This document shows, piece by piece, positions 1 to 9,672 of a stretch of 64,000 nt of DNA. Position numbers and translations under genes: made by a program. Within the stretch, counting starts at the first letter, position 1; each line of letters begins with the position of its first letter. The notes below the pieces were generated by a model. That model saw only the letters and a list, made by a program, of their open reading frames with translations, searched no databases and had not been told where the DNA came from. This DNA comes from Obrimoposthia wandeli (Eukaryota): NCBI GenBank assembly GCA_977020255.1, contig CDROCS010000998.1:186001-250000 (forward strand). The letters run 5' to 3'.

Positions 1-1380
1 GTTTTCAAAGCGTTTTTGATAGCCTCTATCTTTTGGGGTGCAACGGCAATGACAATTGGAGTCATACTCGCATCACAATTGTATTGGGTTGATTTAAATT
101 TTGCCTCTGAATTCTTTAACTTTGGTCGGCTTCGCCCTTTACATACAAATGGAGTCGTCTTCGGTTTAGTGTGTAACATCTTAATGGGGGTATCACTGTA
201 TGTTGTATGTCGAACTTCTGAAACAACGTTAATTTCTGAGAAGCTTGCATGGGTATTATTCTGGGGGTGGCAAGGGCTTCTGGTGCTAGGCTACATCACG
301 TTACCACTGGGTTTTACCTCAACCAAAGAATATGCCGAGTTTGAGTGGCCATTAGATATTTTAATGGCGGCACTATGGCTGCTATTTGCATATATTTTCT
401 TTGGCACTCTCTTCACTAAAAAAACAAAACACATCTTCGTGTCTAATTGGTTTACTGGCGCAGTCATTATTGTGATCACCATGATCTTCGTAGTGAATAA
501 CTTATCAATACCAGTAACATTAACTAAATCCTATTCTGTTTTTTCTGGTGCCAGTGATGCGTTAGTGCAGTGGTGGTGGGGGCACAATGCCGTTGGATTC
601 CTTCTAACAGCGTCCTTTATCGGCACTAACTATTACATCATTCCCAAGCTGGTTGATCGTCCCATCTATTCTTATCGTCTGTCTATGATCAACTTCTGGG
701 GGCTTATCGGCTTTTATACCTGGGCAGGTACACATCATTTATTGTATTCCTCATTACCCGACTGGATTCAAAATATCGGCGTAGTGATGTCGTTGTTACT
801 TTGGTTGCCATCATGGGCTGGTGCATATAACGCTTACATGACCATTTATTCCAACAAACAAAAGCTACGTGAAAATTACATTGTGTGGTTCTTCATGTCG
901 TCGATCATTTATTACGCCTTAGCGACAGCTGAAGGACCTTTGATGGCAATTCGTTGGTTTAATGTAATTGCACATAATACTAGTTGGGTTATAGGTCACG
1001 TCCATTCTGGCGCATTAGGCTGGGTCGGTATGACTTGTATCGGTACTTTCTACTATCTAGTACCGAAGCTATTTGGTAATCGAGAACTGTGGTCAATGAA
1101 ACTGGTAAAAACTCACTTCTTCCTTGCTCATGCTGGTATTACCTTTTATATCGTGGCGCTGTGGATTGCTGGTATTGGTCAGGGTGTAATGTGGATGGCA
1201 CAAACCGACAGTGGCGCATTAACATACAGCTTTGTCGATACATTAAACTTCATCTCTCCCTACATGTTCTTACGTTTTGTTGGCGGAGCATTATACCTCT
1301 CAGGGATCGTCTTAATGGTGTACAACCTATGGATGACGGTGCGAGTTCAACCTGTTCGAACCGCAGCATCGGAGGCCTAA
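1..1380 (+). CDS. ccoN: cbb3-type cytochrome c oxidase subunit I (5'-truncated by window edge)
   Basis: Frame open from base 1. Motifs RLRPLHTN, WWWGHNAVGFLLT, YTWAGTHHL and GHVHSGALGW carry the heme b/b3/CuB histidines. Confidence 0.97.
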   Translation, partial: VFKAFLIASIFWGATAMTIGVILASQLYWVDLNFASEFFNFGRLRPLHTNGVVFGLVCNILMGVSLYVVCRTSETTLISEKLAWVLFWGWQGLLVLGYITLPLGFTSTKEYAEFEWPLDILMAALWLLFAYIFFGTLFTKKTKHIFVSNWFTGAVIIVITMIFVVNNLSIPVTLTKSYSVFSGASDALVQWWWGHNAVGFLLTASFIGTNYYIIPKLVDRPIYSYRLSMINFWGLIGFYTWAGTHHLLYSSLPDWIQNIGVVMSLLLWLPSWAGAYNAYMTIYSNKQKLRENYIVWFFMSSIIYYALATAEGPLMAIRWFNVIAHNTSWVIGHVHSGALGWVGMTCIGTFYYLVPKLFGNRELWSMKLVKTHFFLAHAGITFYIVALWIAGIGQGVMWMAQTDSGALTYSFVDTLNFISPYMFLRFVGGALYLSGIVLMVYNLWMTVRVQPVRTAASEA

Positions 1381-1383
1381 ATC

Positions 1384-2001
1384 ATGAAGATTAATATTAC
1401 CAAATCTGTCGTGTCATTTATTGTTGTAACATTTCTAGTCGCGTCTTTTTCATTCTTAGTTTGGGTACTTCCGGGCTTTTTCATTCGTGATGATTTAGCA
1501 ATGAAAACCATGGCAAAACCATTAAAGCCGCTGGAATTAGTAGGCCGAGATGTGTATATGGCACAAGGGTGCCATGTGTGCCATACCCAGATGGTAAGAG
1601 ACCTCGAACCTGAACGTGTTCGCTACGGTCGTTCTAATCAAATGGAAGATGATATCTACGAATTCACTTTTTTATGGGGATCCGCACGGATCGGACCTGA
1701 TCTCACTAACATTGGTTTGAAATACACGAATGAATGGCATACCGAACATTTAATTAGCCCACAATCTTTGGTACCAGAATCTATCATGCCACAGTATCCG
1801 TGGTTATTTGAACAGCCTGTAAATAATGCTGATATCGGAAAAAAAATGACGGTGCTACAAACATTAGGTGTGCCGTATTCAGCAGCCGATATAGCGGGAG
1901 CATCAGATATTGTTAAAGGGAAAACCAAAGGCGAAGCCTTAGTGGCTTATTTAATGAGCCTTGGAGTAGATACACATAACAGTATGGGAGATCTACAATG
2001 A
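1384..2001 (+). CDS. ccoO: cbb3-type cytochrome c oxidase subunit II (monoheme c)
   Basis: GRDVY..GCHVCHTQMVR, WGSARIGPDL, SIMPQYPWL; directly after ccoN. Confidence 0.96.
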   Translation: MKINITKSVVSFIVVTFLVASFSFLVWVLPGFFIRDDLAMKTMAKPLKPLELVGRDVYMAQGCHVCHTQMVRDLEPERVRYGRSNQMEDDIYEFTFLWGSARIGPDLTNIGLKYTNEWHTEHLISPQSLVPESIMPQYPWLFEQPVNNADIGKKMTVLQTLGVPYSAADIAGASDIVKGKTKGEALVAYLMSLGVDTHNSMGDLQ

Positions 2002-3473
2002 GTGAATTTTCTGATACTTGGTCCAGTACGCTTACCGTCATCTTCCTGCTTGTCATGCTTGGCGTTGTTCTTTACTTGTTTACTACAAATAAGTTTGCTC
2101 AAACCGACAAATGCTTGTCAACATTTGACGGTATTGATGAGAACGATGCTCCTATTCCTAAAATTGTGTTTTGGGGCTATTTAATCTTCTTTATTGGTGC
2201 CGTGGTATACCTCCTATTGTTTCCTGGTATCGCATCATGGCAAGGCCTTTTGAAATGGAGTGGTAAAAGCGATGCGTATAATGCCCACAGCATTAATCTT
2301 GATACCCGTATAGATAACACTCTGATTAATAACCCTAATGCTAATTTGGCTTTATTAGCGAAAGATGCCGTGATTGTAGATGCTGGTAAATCGTTATTTA
2401 AGGATAACTGCGCAGCGTGCCATGCTATTTCAGGGCAAGGGCAATCAACATTTCCCAACCTTACGGACAGTGAATGGCTTTATGGTGGTAGTGATCAAAA
2501 TATCTACGAAAGTGTTCAGCATGGAAGGCATGGAGTGATGCCTGCGTGGGATGAGCATTTAACACCAGCGGAAATTGATAACGTCACTGACTATGTAATG
2601 AATATCAACAATGCTTCAGCATCCAATGCCATCTTCGAGAAAAACTGTGCAGGTTGCCATGGTAAAAACGCAAAAGGTAACCCCGCCATTGGCGCGCCAA
2701 ATTTAACCGATGATGTGTGGTTACATGGCCGTTCAAAAGAAGCAATCCACAAAAGTATCGCTCATGGATTAAATAATCAGATGCCAGCATTTGGTGGACG
2801 TTTTTCACAAAACCAATTGTTATCAGTCGCCACCTATGTACTGAGCCTTAATCCAGAACATGAAGCCACTTCTGCCAGCTCACAACAGATGTTGTTAAGC
2901 CAATTACTACATCCAGAAACAGCTGGTGCAGGAATGATTCCCGTTACAGTCAAAACCTGTATCGGCTGCCATGGAACAAATGGCGAAGGGCTCGGCAGTA
3001 CTGCACCAAAATTGGCTGGATTGTCATCAGAATATCTGCTGGCTCAGCTTTATAACTTTAAAAATGGCAATCGTAACAATGTCACGATGATATCTATGGC
3101 TGCACCACTAGATGACAAAGCCATGGAAAAAGCAGCCGAGTATTTTGGTCAGCAGACACCGAAAGTATTATCAAAAACAGTATTACGAGGCGATCAAGTG
3201 ATTTATGACGATCTTGCCGCCAAGTTAGTAAACCAAGGGGATTGGTCAAGAGAGTTGCCTTCGTGTGTCACATGCCATGCAACAGCTACCTTGGGTGTCG
3301 ATAATTTTCCACGTCTTGCACAGCAAGATGCTTCTTATTTAGAAAAGCAGTTACTTGACTGGCAACAAGGGATACGTAAAGGGGATCATGACAACATGAT
3401 GGGCAATATTGCCAAGAAATTGACCGATGTTGAGATAAAAGCTATCGCTCAATATCTCGCTAACATGCAGTAA
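1998..3473 (+). CDS. ccoP: cbb3 oxidase subunit III (CcoP) fused to a C-terminal diheme cytochrome c4/TsdB-like module (4 CxxCH)
   Basis: CcoP N-terminus (GIDENDAPIP + TM) with hemes CAACH and CAGCH, then two more c4-type hemes CIGCH and CVTCH (PKLAG..YL..QL, GDWSR, PRLAQQ..Y..KQL). ATGA overlap with ccoO. Confidence 0.9.
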   Translation: MSEFSDTWSSTLTVIFLLVMLGVVLYLFTTNKFAQTDKCLSTFDGIDENDAPIPKIVFWGYLIFFIGAVVYLLLFPGIASWQGLLKWSGKSDAYNAHSINLDTRIDNTLINNPNANLALLAKDAVIVDAGKSLFKDNCAACHAISGQGQSTFPNLTDSEWLYGGSDQNIYESVQHGRHGVMPAWDEHLTPAEIDNVTDYVMNINNASASNAIFEKNCAGCHGKNAKGNPAIGAPNLTDDVWLHGRSKEAIHKSIAHGLNNQMPAFGGRFSQNQLLSVATYVLSLNPEHEATSASSQQMLLSQLLHPETAGAGMIPVTVKTCIGCHGTNGEGLGSTAPKLAGLSSEYLLAQLYNFKNGNRNNVTMISMAAPLDDKAMEKAAEYFGQQTPKVLSKTVLRGDQVIYDDLAAKLVNQGDWSRELPSCVTCHATATLGVDNFPRLAQQDASYLEKQLLDWQQGIRKGDHDNMMGNIAKKLTDVEIKAIAQYLANMQ

Positions 3474-3483
3474 GGAGGCTGAC

Positions 3484-4614
3484 ATGAAACTATTTCGTTA
3501 TTTATCATTTAGCTCTACATCATTCATTTCTGTACGACTGTTTTGCTCAACCTTTTTTTGTTCACAATTGCTTTATTCACAATTGCTTATACTAACACCG
3601 TTACTGTTTTCAATCAGTGTTGTTGCTGAAACGCAATTAGACATGCAACATGAAATTCCGGCTGAACACAAAGACACCGAAGCGAACAAAATGGTGCCAT
3701 ACGCGTTGTCGACAATTCCAAATTCAGAATTCGGCGATAAAGTTAAACTCGGCTATCAACTCGTTACTGACTCTCAGAAAATGAGAGGGAAATATGTATT
3801 TGATAACCAAAACTGTACTAACTGTCACTTAGCATCAGGTAGAAAACCCAATGCTGCACCTTTAGGGGCCGCTTTTTTCGCATACCCTGCTTTTCGTTCA
3901 AAGAACAACAAAGTGAATTCGTATCAGGAACGGATACAAGGGTGCTTTAAGTATTCAATGAATGGGCTAGTTCCACCCAAAGGCAGTGACGAGCTAATCG
4001 CAATTGCCGCCTATTCCTATTGGGTAGGGGTCACCTCAATGTATAATTTCTATGATGTAGAAGCTGATGTACCAGAGCTCTCAGATGCCGCCTTACTGCA
4101 AGGTGGTAACCTGGATGACTTTGTCTTGAATGCTGCGATTAATGGTAAAATGACCATAAAAGAGCGTTCAAAATTACCCGGGCGAGGCTACCCTAAATTA
4201 GCCAAACCGGACATGAAGCCTGATTACGTTCGCGGTAAAACGGTTTACACTAATCACTGTGCTGCTTGCCATAAAGAAGATGGGCAAGGAAGATCTGTGA
4301 AAGGTATTTCATCGTTGCCACCATTGTGGGGTCCGAACAGCTATAACTTAGGTGCAGGTATGCACCGCACAAACACTGCTGCATTTTACATCTATGAAAA
4401 CATGCCTCTTGGCAAAAGTATTCAGCTTTCAAAACAGGAAGCGTGGGATGTTGCGTTATACATGAACTCTCAACAACGACCCCAAGATCCACGTTTTGAA
4501 GGTAATGTAGTTGATACCGATGATATTTATCATAAGCATGACTGTGTGTATGGTGAAAAGGTCAATGGTTCAATACTTGGCAAAGATGCATACCCCAATC
4601 ACCCTGAAGGTTAA
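3484..4614 (+). CDS. tsdA: thiosulfate dehydrogenase/tetrathionate reductase TsdA-family diheme cytochrome c
   Basis: CTNCH and CAACH; RIQGCFKYSMNG (Cys heme-ligand motif); PPLWG.NSYNLGAGM; long hydrophobic N-terminus. Confidence 0.85.
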   Translation: MKLFRYLSFSSTSFISVRLFCSTFFCSQLLYSQLLILTPLLFSISVVAETQLDMQHEIPAEHKDTEANKMVPYALSTIPNSEFGDKVKLGYQLVTDSQKMRGKYVFDNQNCTNCHLASGRKPNAAPLGAAFFAYPAFRSKNNKVNSYQERIQGCFKYSMNGLVPPKGSDELIAIAAYSYWVGVTSMYNFYDVEADVPELSDAALLQGGNLDDFVLNAAINGKMTIKERSKLPGRGYPKLAKPDMKPDYVRGKTVYTNHCAACHKEDGQGRSVKGISSLPPLWGPNSYNLGAGMHRTNTAAFYIYENMPLGKSIQLSKQEAWDVALYMNSQQRPQDPRFEGNVVDTDDIYHKHDCVYGEKVNGSILGKDAYPNHPEG

Positions 4615-4643
4615 AGTGCTGAACACTACATGCAAACAACAAG

Positions 4644-5039
4644 CTATTGACTTTCTTTGGTCATTAGCTTCATTCCAAAATCAAGTTGTTCGCGCCAGAT
4701 TGTATGCAAGTCATCATTGTACTGAGGGTCGTGTTCTTTGACGGCTTGCATTAAACAATCAAACCAGACATTAAATAAATGAGGAGCAATATTCATTTTT
4801 TTATGGCGTAGGGCAATTCTTTTGATTAACTGTTCTTGGGTAAAGGGATCTTGAGTGGGCTGGATCATCGCAAGAGAGGCTTTTAGTGTGAGCATTTGCT
4901 GTTTTTTATCCGTACTCCCAAACATATCTCTAACAGTTACATCTGCATTTATAAATAACGAATAGAATAAAGGTAAAAAATCATCATTGCCCATGCAACG
5001 CTGATAGCTAGCTTGGTAAAGGTTATATTTTTCCATCAA
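4644..5039 (-). CDS. single-domain globin
   Basis: 131 aa; SYQRC..F...FY..F...V..MF and H(F8)-like RIALRHKKMNIAPHLF..W..CL pattern. Confidence 0.75.
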   Translation of the reverse strand: MMEKYNLYQASYQRCMGNDDFLPLFYSLFINADVTVRDMFGSTDKKQQMLTLKASLAMIQPTQDPFTQEQLIKRIALRHKKMNIAPHLFNVWFDCLMQAVKEHDPQYNDDLHTIWREQLDFGMKLMTKESQ

Positions 5040-5179
5040 TAAATCATCTCTTAAGTCACCATTCTCCTAAACAGTCTATGAACACAATTTAGTCTGTGTA
5101 TGATTTTATCTTCGCTTCTTGATGCCCATTCAGATTTCAGACTTTATAACAAAAATCTGACATACCTTTCTTCATTACA

Positions 5180-6034
5180 TCAATTATATGAATACTTAGC
5201 TGATGCCTGTAAAACAGTCTTTATACATAATGCTTCATCCAACATCGGGACGCCAATCACTCGTTTCGGTTTCTTGTCGGTCGAAATAGGTAGCTCAACG
5301 GTGAGTAATGCTTGTTGGTTGTCAGCTTGAATTAACACATTCCCTGTTGGGTCGATGATTTGGCTACCGCCACAATAATGACCACTGATCGCTTGAGTCT
5401 CTTCGACCCCAACTCGATTACACGTTGCAACATACATCGCATTTTCGATTGCACGGGCACGACTTATCACTAAGCTTTGCTCACCACCAAAATTAGCGGG
5501 ATGTAATAGCACATCAACATCACGTTGCGCGTACAGTCGAATAATTTCAGTGAACCATAGGTCAAAGCAAACCGCGATACCGAAACACACCCCTTGGAAT
5601 TTAAACGTAACTAACTCGTCACCACGAGAGAAATACTGCTTATCGACATTAGTAAGCGCTAACTTTCTATAAACATCTTGCAAACCAGATTCATTAACAA
5701 CAACGACACTGTTATAAAATGCACCATGTCGTTTTTCTGCAATACCAGCAACCAAAGTAATGTGATACTTATTGGCAAGCGTAATCAAAGACGTAACCGT
5801 TTTTCCATCAATGCTTTCTGCTAATTGATGGATCTCGTCTGAGTGATCAAAAAGATAGCCCGTCGAAAAAAGCTCAGGCGCAACAACAAGCTCCCCTAAG
5901 CCACCACCAGGTTTACTCGTGGCATTATTTACAGCTTGGCTCATAAGCTGATCTAACAAAGCAATATTACCTGCCACATCTTTATGAATCACATCCATTT
6001 GAACCAAACTAATCTTCATTATTACCCTTAACAA
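5180..6034 (-). CDS. carbon-nitrogen hydrolase (nitrilase superfamily)
   Basis: Glu-Lys-Cys triad motifs APELF, YRKL, VCFDLWF; RARAIEN..YV..NRVG. Confidence 0.9.
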   Translation of the reverse strand: MLRVIMKISLVQMDVIHKDVAGNIALLDQLMSQAVNNATSKPGGGLGELVVAPELFSTGYLFDHSDEIHQLAESIDGKTVTSLITLANKYHITLVAGIAEKRHGAFYNSVVVVNESGLQDVYRKLALTNVDKQYFSRGDELVTFKFQGVCFGIAVCFDLWFTEIIRLYAQRDVDVLLHPANFGGEQSLVISRARAIENAMYVATCNRVGVEETQAISGHYCGGSQIIDPTGNVLIQADNQQALLTVELPISTDKKPKRVIGVPMLDEALCIKTVLQASAKYSYN

Positions 6035-6070
6035 TCAATTCATACGCCTTATATTCACGGTTCAGTTGTT

Positions 6071-6385
6071 CTAATTAGTCACCGCTTTGCCCGCTTTTTT
6101 TAATGCACCTTGATCTTTCTCGGGGGTTCCCATATCAACGGCTTTTCCTGCTACACCATCATCAGGCAATGCATTACCTACTGATTTTGTCGCCGTATCC
6201 TTTGCGGCTTCTGCTGGTGAACATCGCCCACTTACACCGATTGTCGCTTTAGCCGCTGTGCTCTTCATGGCTTTTTCTGGTGTACAGTCAGGATCTATTA
6301 CACCAGCCAGCACATTTCCCCCAATGCAAAAACTCGCCATAACTAAAAGGCTAAATATGCCAGTACTGTATCTGTTCATAAGCAT
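6071..6385 (-). CDS. small secreted hypothetical protein
   Basis: Signal peptide ending VLA, two Cys, Ala/Lys-rich mature part. Confidence 0.65.
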   Translation of the reverse strand: MLMNRYSTGIFSLLVMASFCIGGNVLAGVIDPDCTPEKAMKSTAAKATIGVSGRCSPAEAAKDTATKSVGNALPDDGVAGKAVDMGTPEKDQGALKKAGKAVTN

Positions 6386-6569
6386 TACCTGATTTTATGG
6401 ATTGAACTATAAAATCAGTGTAGCCAACATTTCGCAGCATTTAACAATAAAGGCACTCGTCACAAGCATCACGGTTATTTTCCACCAGCAAGATCAATGA
6501 AAGTGCCAGTTACATAAGATGAAGAATCGGATAGCAACCACTCAATAGCTTGAGCAACTTCTAACGCCG

Positions 6570-7256
6570 TTGCCGCACCAATACCACGCCCAGCACCAGT
6601 CACTAATACGGTTCTCTGAGTATCTAATGTTTTTTTCATCTATTATTTATTCCTTACAAAGCCGCTTAACTTTAACCATTACAAAACAATTAATACAACA
6701 AGTTACGATATTGCGCTATTTTTTGATAACATGCTCGGCATTATACAAGGAAGTGATAAACGCATTGGAAGCTAGCCGTAGAAATTTTAGTGAGAATAGT
6801 AGTAGGGTAAGTGCGCTTATCATATTGTCGATCGTGCTAAACGGCTTTCTATCATCCATTGTTGTGCTTAACCCAACCGCATTCTCTGGTAATAGTAATT
6901 GGTTAACGGCACCGCTGACTGAAAAGGTATTAATCTGTACAGCAGAAGGTCTGCGATGGATAGACCCAAGTATGTTACTGCAAAAGAATGCTCGACAACC
7001 AGCATTAGCCAGTGAAAAATCATCGCTCAATCACAATCAATACCAACACTACCAATTTCACTGCCCACTCTTAAAGCACCACCAGCCCGCAGAATTATTA
7101 GCGTATTTGAGTATATTCATCCTATTCGCAATGTTGGTTGTGGCGACGCTTCAGAGGCTCTCGCTTTGCCTCTTTTTCTGCTATGAAAAAATGTACCTTA
7201 CTTATGCCCCTAAACAGTCTCCGCCTTCTTCATTATCGCCACAAAAAATAAACTAA
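6570..7256 (+). CDS. DUF2946-like membrane protein (possible Cu-binding); true start uncertain, probably downstream
   Basis: TM, ICTAEG, His-rich HCP segment, C-terminal P.QSPP; lies just upstream of a PCu(A)C gene, the usual DUF2946 context. Confidence 0.55.
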   Translation: MPHQYHAQHQSLIRFSEYLMFFSSIIYSLQSRLTLTITKQLIQQVTILRYFLITCSALYKEVINALEASRRNFSENSSRVSALIILSIVLNGFLSSIVVLNPTAFSGNSNWLTAPLTEKVLICTAEGLRWIDPSMLLQKNARQPALASEKSSLNHNQYQHYQFHCPLLKHHQPAELLAYLSIFILFAMLVVATLQRLSLCLFFCYEKMYLTYAPKQSPPSSLSPQKIN

Positions 7257-7343
7257 AAAAATCAGCTAACAATTAGAAGAATATACCCACCCATGCACAA
7301 TGCAGCTTTAAAACAAACAACGAGGTGGAACATGGAGAAAGTT

Positions 7344-7838
7344 ATGAAAAAAAATACATTCATCACCCTGCTATTTAGTAGCGCACTATTTCTATCAAGC
7401 TTTGCAAATGCGCACGATTACAAAGCGGGCGACTTGCAAATTGACCACCCTTGGTCAAAAGCAGTACCCCCCAATTCATCGGTTGCTGCAGCCTTTTTCA
7501 ATGTCACGAATCATGGCAGCGAAAATGATGTATTGATCAGTGCTGAATCTCCGATTGCAGGTAAAGTAGAATTACATGCTCATATTCATGAAGACGGCAT
7601 GATGAAAATGCGTGAAGTTAAAGATATTAAAATCCCAGCAAATGATAGTACTTCACTAAAACCGGGGGCCAATCACATCATGTTTTTCAACCTTACTAAG
7701 GTGCCAAAACTAGGCGATCGCTTTCCACTGACACTGCACTTTAAAAACGCAGGGGAAATGACTATTGAAATTGCAGTTGAAAAAGCAACATATCAGATGG
7801 AAATGAAACCTGAAAAGACAAAAGAGCAGCACCATTAA
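7344..7838 (+). CDS. periplasmic copper chaperone PCu(A)C
   Basis: Signal peptide; H..GDL.I.HPWS; ELHAH..EDGMMKM and PGANHIM Cu motif. Start chosen from GGAG at 7334-7337 (track start 7293). Confidence 0.93.
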   Translation: MKKNTFITLLFSSALFLSSFANAHDYKAGDLQIDHPWSKAVPPNSSVAAAFFNVTNHGSENDVLISAESPIAGKVELHAHIHEDGMMKMREVKDIKIPANDSTSLKPGANHIMFFNLTKVPKLGDRFPLTLHFKNAGEMTIEIAVEKATYQMEMKPEKTKEQHH

Positions 7839-7867
7839 TGCCTAAATAACCACTGATCACTAATACC

Positions 7868-7905
7868 AAGCCGTTTCTTTTGTTTATGCAAAGAAGCGGC
7901 TTTTT
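7868..7905 (+). terminator. intrinsic terminator after PCu(A)C gene
   Basis: AAGCCG..TTCTTT/AAAGAAGCGGCTT stem followed by T-run. Confidence 0.7.
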
Positions 7906-8063
7906 GATAACTAAAATAATTACTCGAAACTAGCCCCCTCACTTCCTTGCATGATATAAATTTGTACGACAAACTAAAGTAATTAAAATTTAAACGTTCA
8001 GTGCGTAACATGCTGGATGTTTATCGCTATCAGGCAAAAAAGTCATATCACAAGGATGTTAAC

Positions 8064-8945
8064 GTGTTAGAAAAAGTTATTGGCATACTCTTTCCAGTTT
8101 TTGCAATTGTACTTGTGGGTTATGCCATAGCAAAGTTACTCAAACCCGATTTCAAACCGATTAACCGGATTAATATGGATGTGTTTTGTCCTGCATTGAT
8201 CTTTTCATCTTTAGTGATGATGAAACCCGATACCACCCAGTTATGGCTATTGGTCGCGGCTGCATGCGCAGTATTATTGCCGGGGTTATTAATGATCCCA
8301 CTTACCCGCATGAATAAATTGTCTTTCAAAGCGTGGGCGCCACCGCAAATGTTTCGAAACAGCGGTAACCTTGCCATTCCATTGTTTGGCTATACCTTTG
8401 GTGAATCGGCAATGGGGGCGGCGGTATTACTTTTTGTAGTTGCAACCACCCTACATATCACTCTAGGCATGGCATTACTGAGTAATAAAGAATCACTGTC
8501 GCTCAAACAACTTTTTAAAACACCACTCTTGCTGGCGACGCTGGCAGCATTAGCCTTTAATTTATTGAATATTCCGGTATGGCAGCCTTTATATGAAGCC
8601 ACACATTTACTCGGTCAAGCATCTATACCTGTCATGCTGCTGTCATTGGGCGCACAAATGGTCAACCTACATAAGTCAGGTATACGGGTAGGCTTAATGA
8701 CCACTCTATTTAGCTTAACCACTGGTGCCATTAGTTTTGCTGTTATTTATTGCTTTTTACCCTTACCACATCAACAACTGCAAATGATGGTGTTATTCAC
8801 CATGCTACCACCTGCGGTAATGAACTTTTTGTTTGCTGAACGCTTTAATGTCGAACCTGAAAATGTTGCATCAATGGTATTATTTGGCAATTTTTTCGCC
8901 ATCATCACATTGCCTTTATTACTGTGGATCGCACTGGCAATCTAG
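8064..8945 (+). CDS. AEC (auxin efflux carrier)-family transporter
   Basis: Hydrophobic ~10 TM; FRNSGNLAIPL and PPAVMNFLFAERF motifs. GTG start with AAGGA RBS (track start 8001). Confidence 0.88.
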   Translation: MLEKVIGILFPVFAIVLVGYAIAKLLKPDFKPINRINMDVFCPALIFSSLVMMKPDTTQLWLLVAAACAVLLPGLLMIPLTRMNKLSFKAWAPPQMFRNSGNLAIPLFGYTFGESAMGAAVLLFVVATTLHITLGMALLSNKESLSLKQLFKTPLLLATLAALAFNLLNIPVWQPLYEATHLLGQASIPVMLLSLGAQMVNLHKSGIRVGLMTTLFSLTTGAISFAVIYCFLPLPHQQLQMMVLFTMLPPAVMNFLFAERFNVEPENVASMVLFGNFFAIITLPLLLWIALAI

Positions 8946-9102
8946 CCAGATAGTGACACCACGAATAATGAAGTGCCATATTTAGCATTGAGGAAATGAT
9001 TACAATGCATTTCGCATGCGTCCTTTTCTTGGTTTACTCTCGAATATCTGCGACAATCCTCACGAAATAAAAATTATTAACTTATAACTACACGGCGCAC
9101 CC

Positions 9103-9396
9103 ATGAAACTATTAATTCGCAACCTTGATCGCATCACAACTGAAGCTGAACTTCAGGCAATGTTTGAGACTCACGGTAAAGTGCAATCTTGCTCATTGGT
9201 CATGGATAAAGAGACTGGCGATTCAAAAGGCTTTGCATTTGTTGAAATGCCTAAAATTGGCGAAGCAAAAGCAGCAATGCAAGCGCTTAACGGTCTAAAA
9301 GTTGCTGGTAATAAAATTCGTGTTAAAAAAACTGACGTGGTTCCAAGTGCAAGCAACAGTACTGAAGACAACGCAAGCGACGATACTAACGAATAA
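9103..9396 (+). CDS. RRM (RNP-1) RNA-binding protein
   Basis: RNP2-like LLIRNL and RNP1 KGFAFVEM; single RRM with acidic tail. Confidence 0.92.
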   Translation: MKLLIRNLDRITTEAELQAMFETHGKVQSCSLVMDKETGDSKGFAFVEMPKIGEAKAAMQALNGLKVAGNKIRVKKTDVVPSASNSTEDNASDDTNE

Positions 9397-9672
9397 TCAG
9401 CTCGGTTCATGATCTGATATTTGATAAAAGGGGGGTGTATATTGCCCCCATTTTTATGCCTATTTTTCACCGAGTTTTATATCTCATAAACAACAACATT
9501 AGCGTCCTTCCCTTATCAACCCTTGTTCTCTGCTTTCTAGCCTCGCTCTAAAAGTCACTTTAAGATTCATATTTATGTATTCTAAACGTTAATATGACAC
9601 TTAATGTTAATTTAATTCATGAGTAAAGCACTAAGATTATTCCACTCTCTAGCTGAACTTAGGAATCATCTA

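Noticed and set aside
3561-3588. 15-nt-period tandem repeat TTCACAATTGCTT in the tsdA signal region
   Set aside because: Only two in-frame copies (SQLL), so there is no evidence of a contingency locus.
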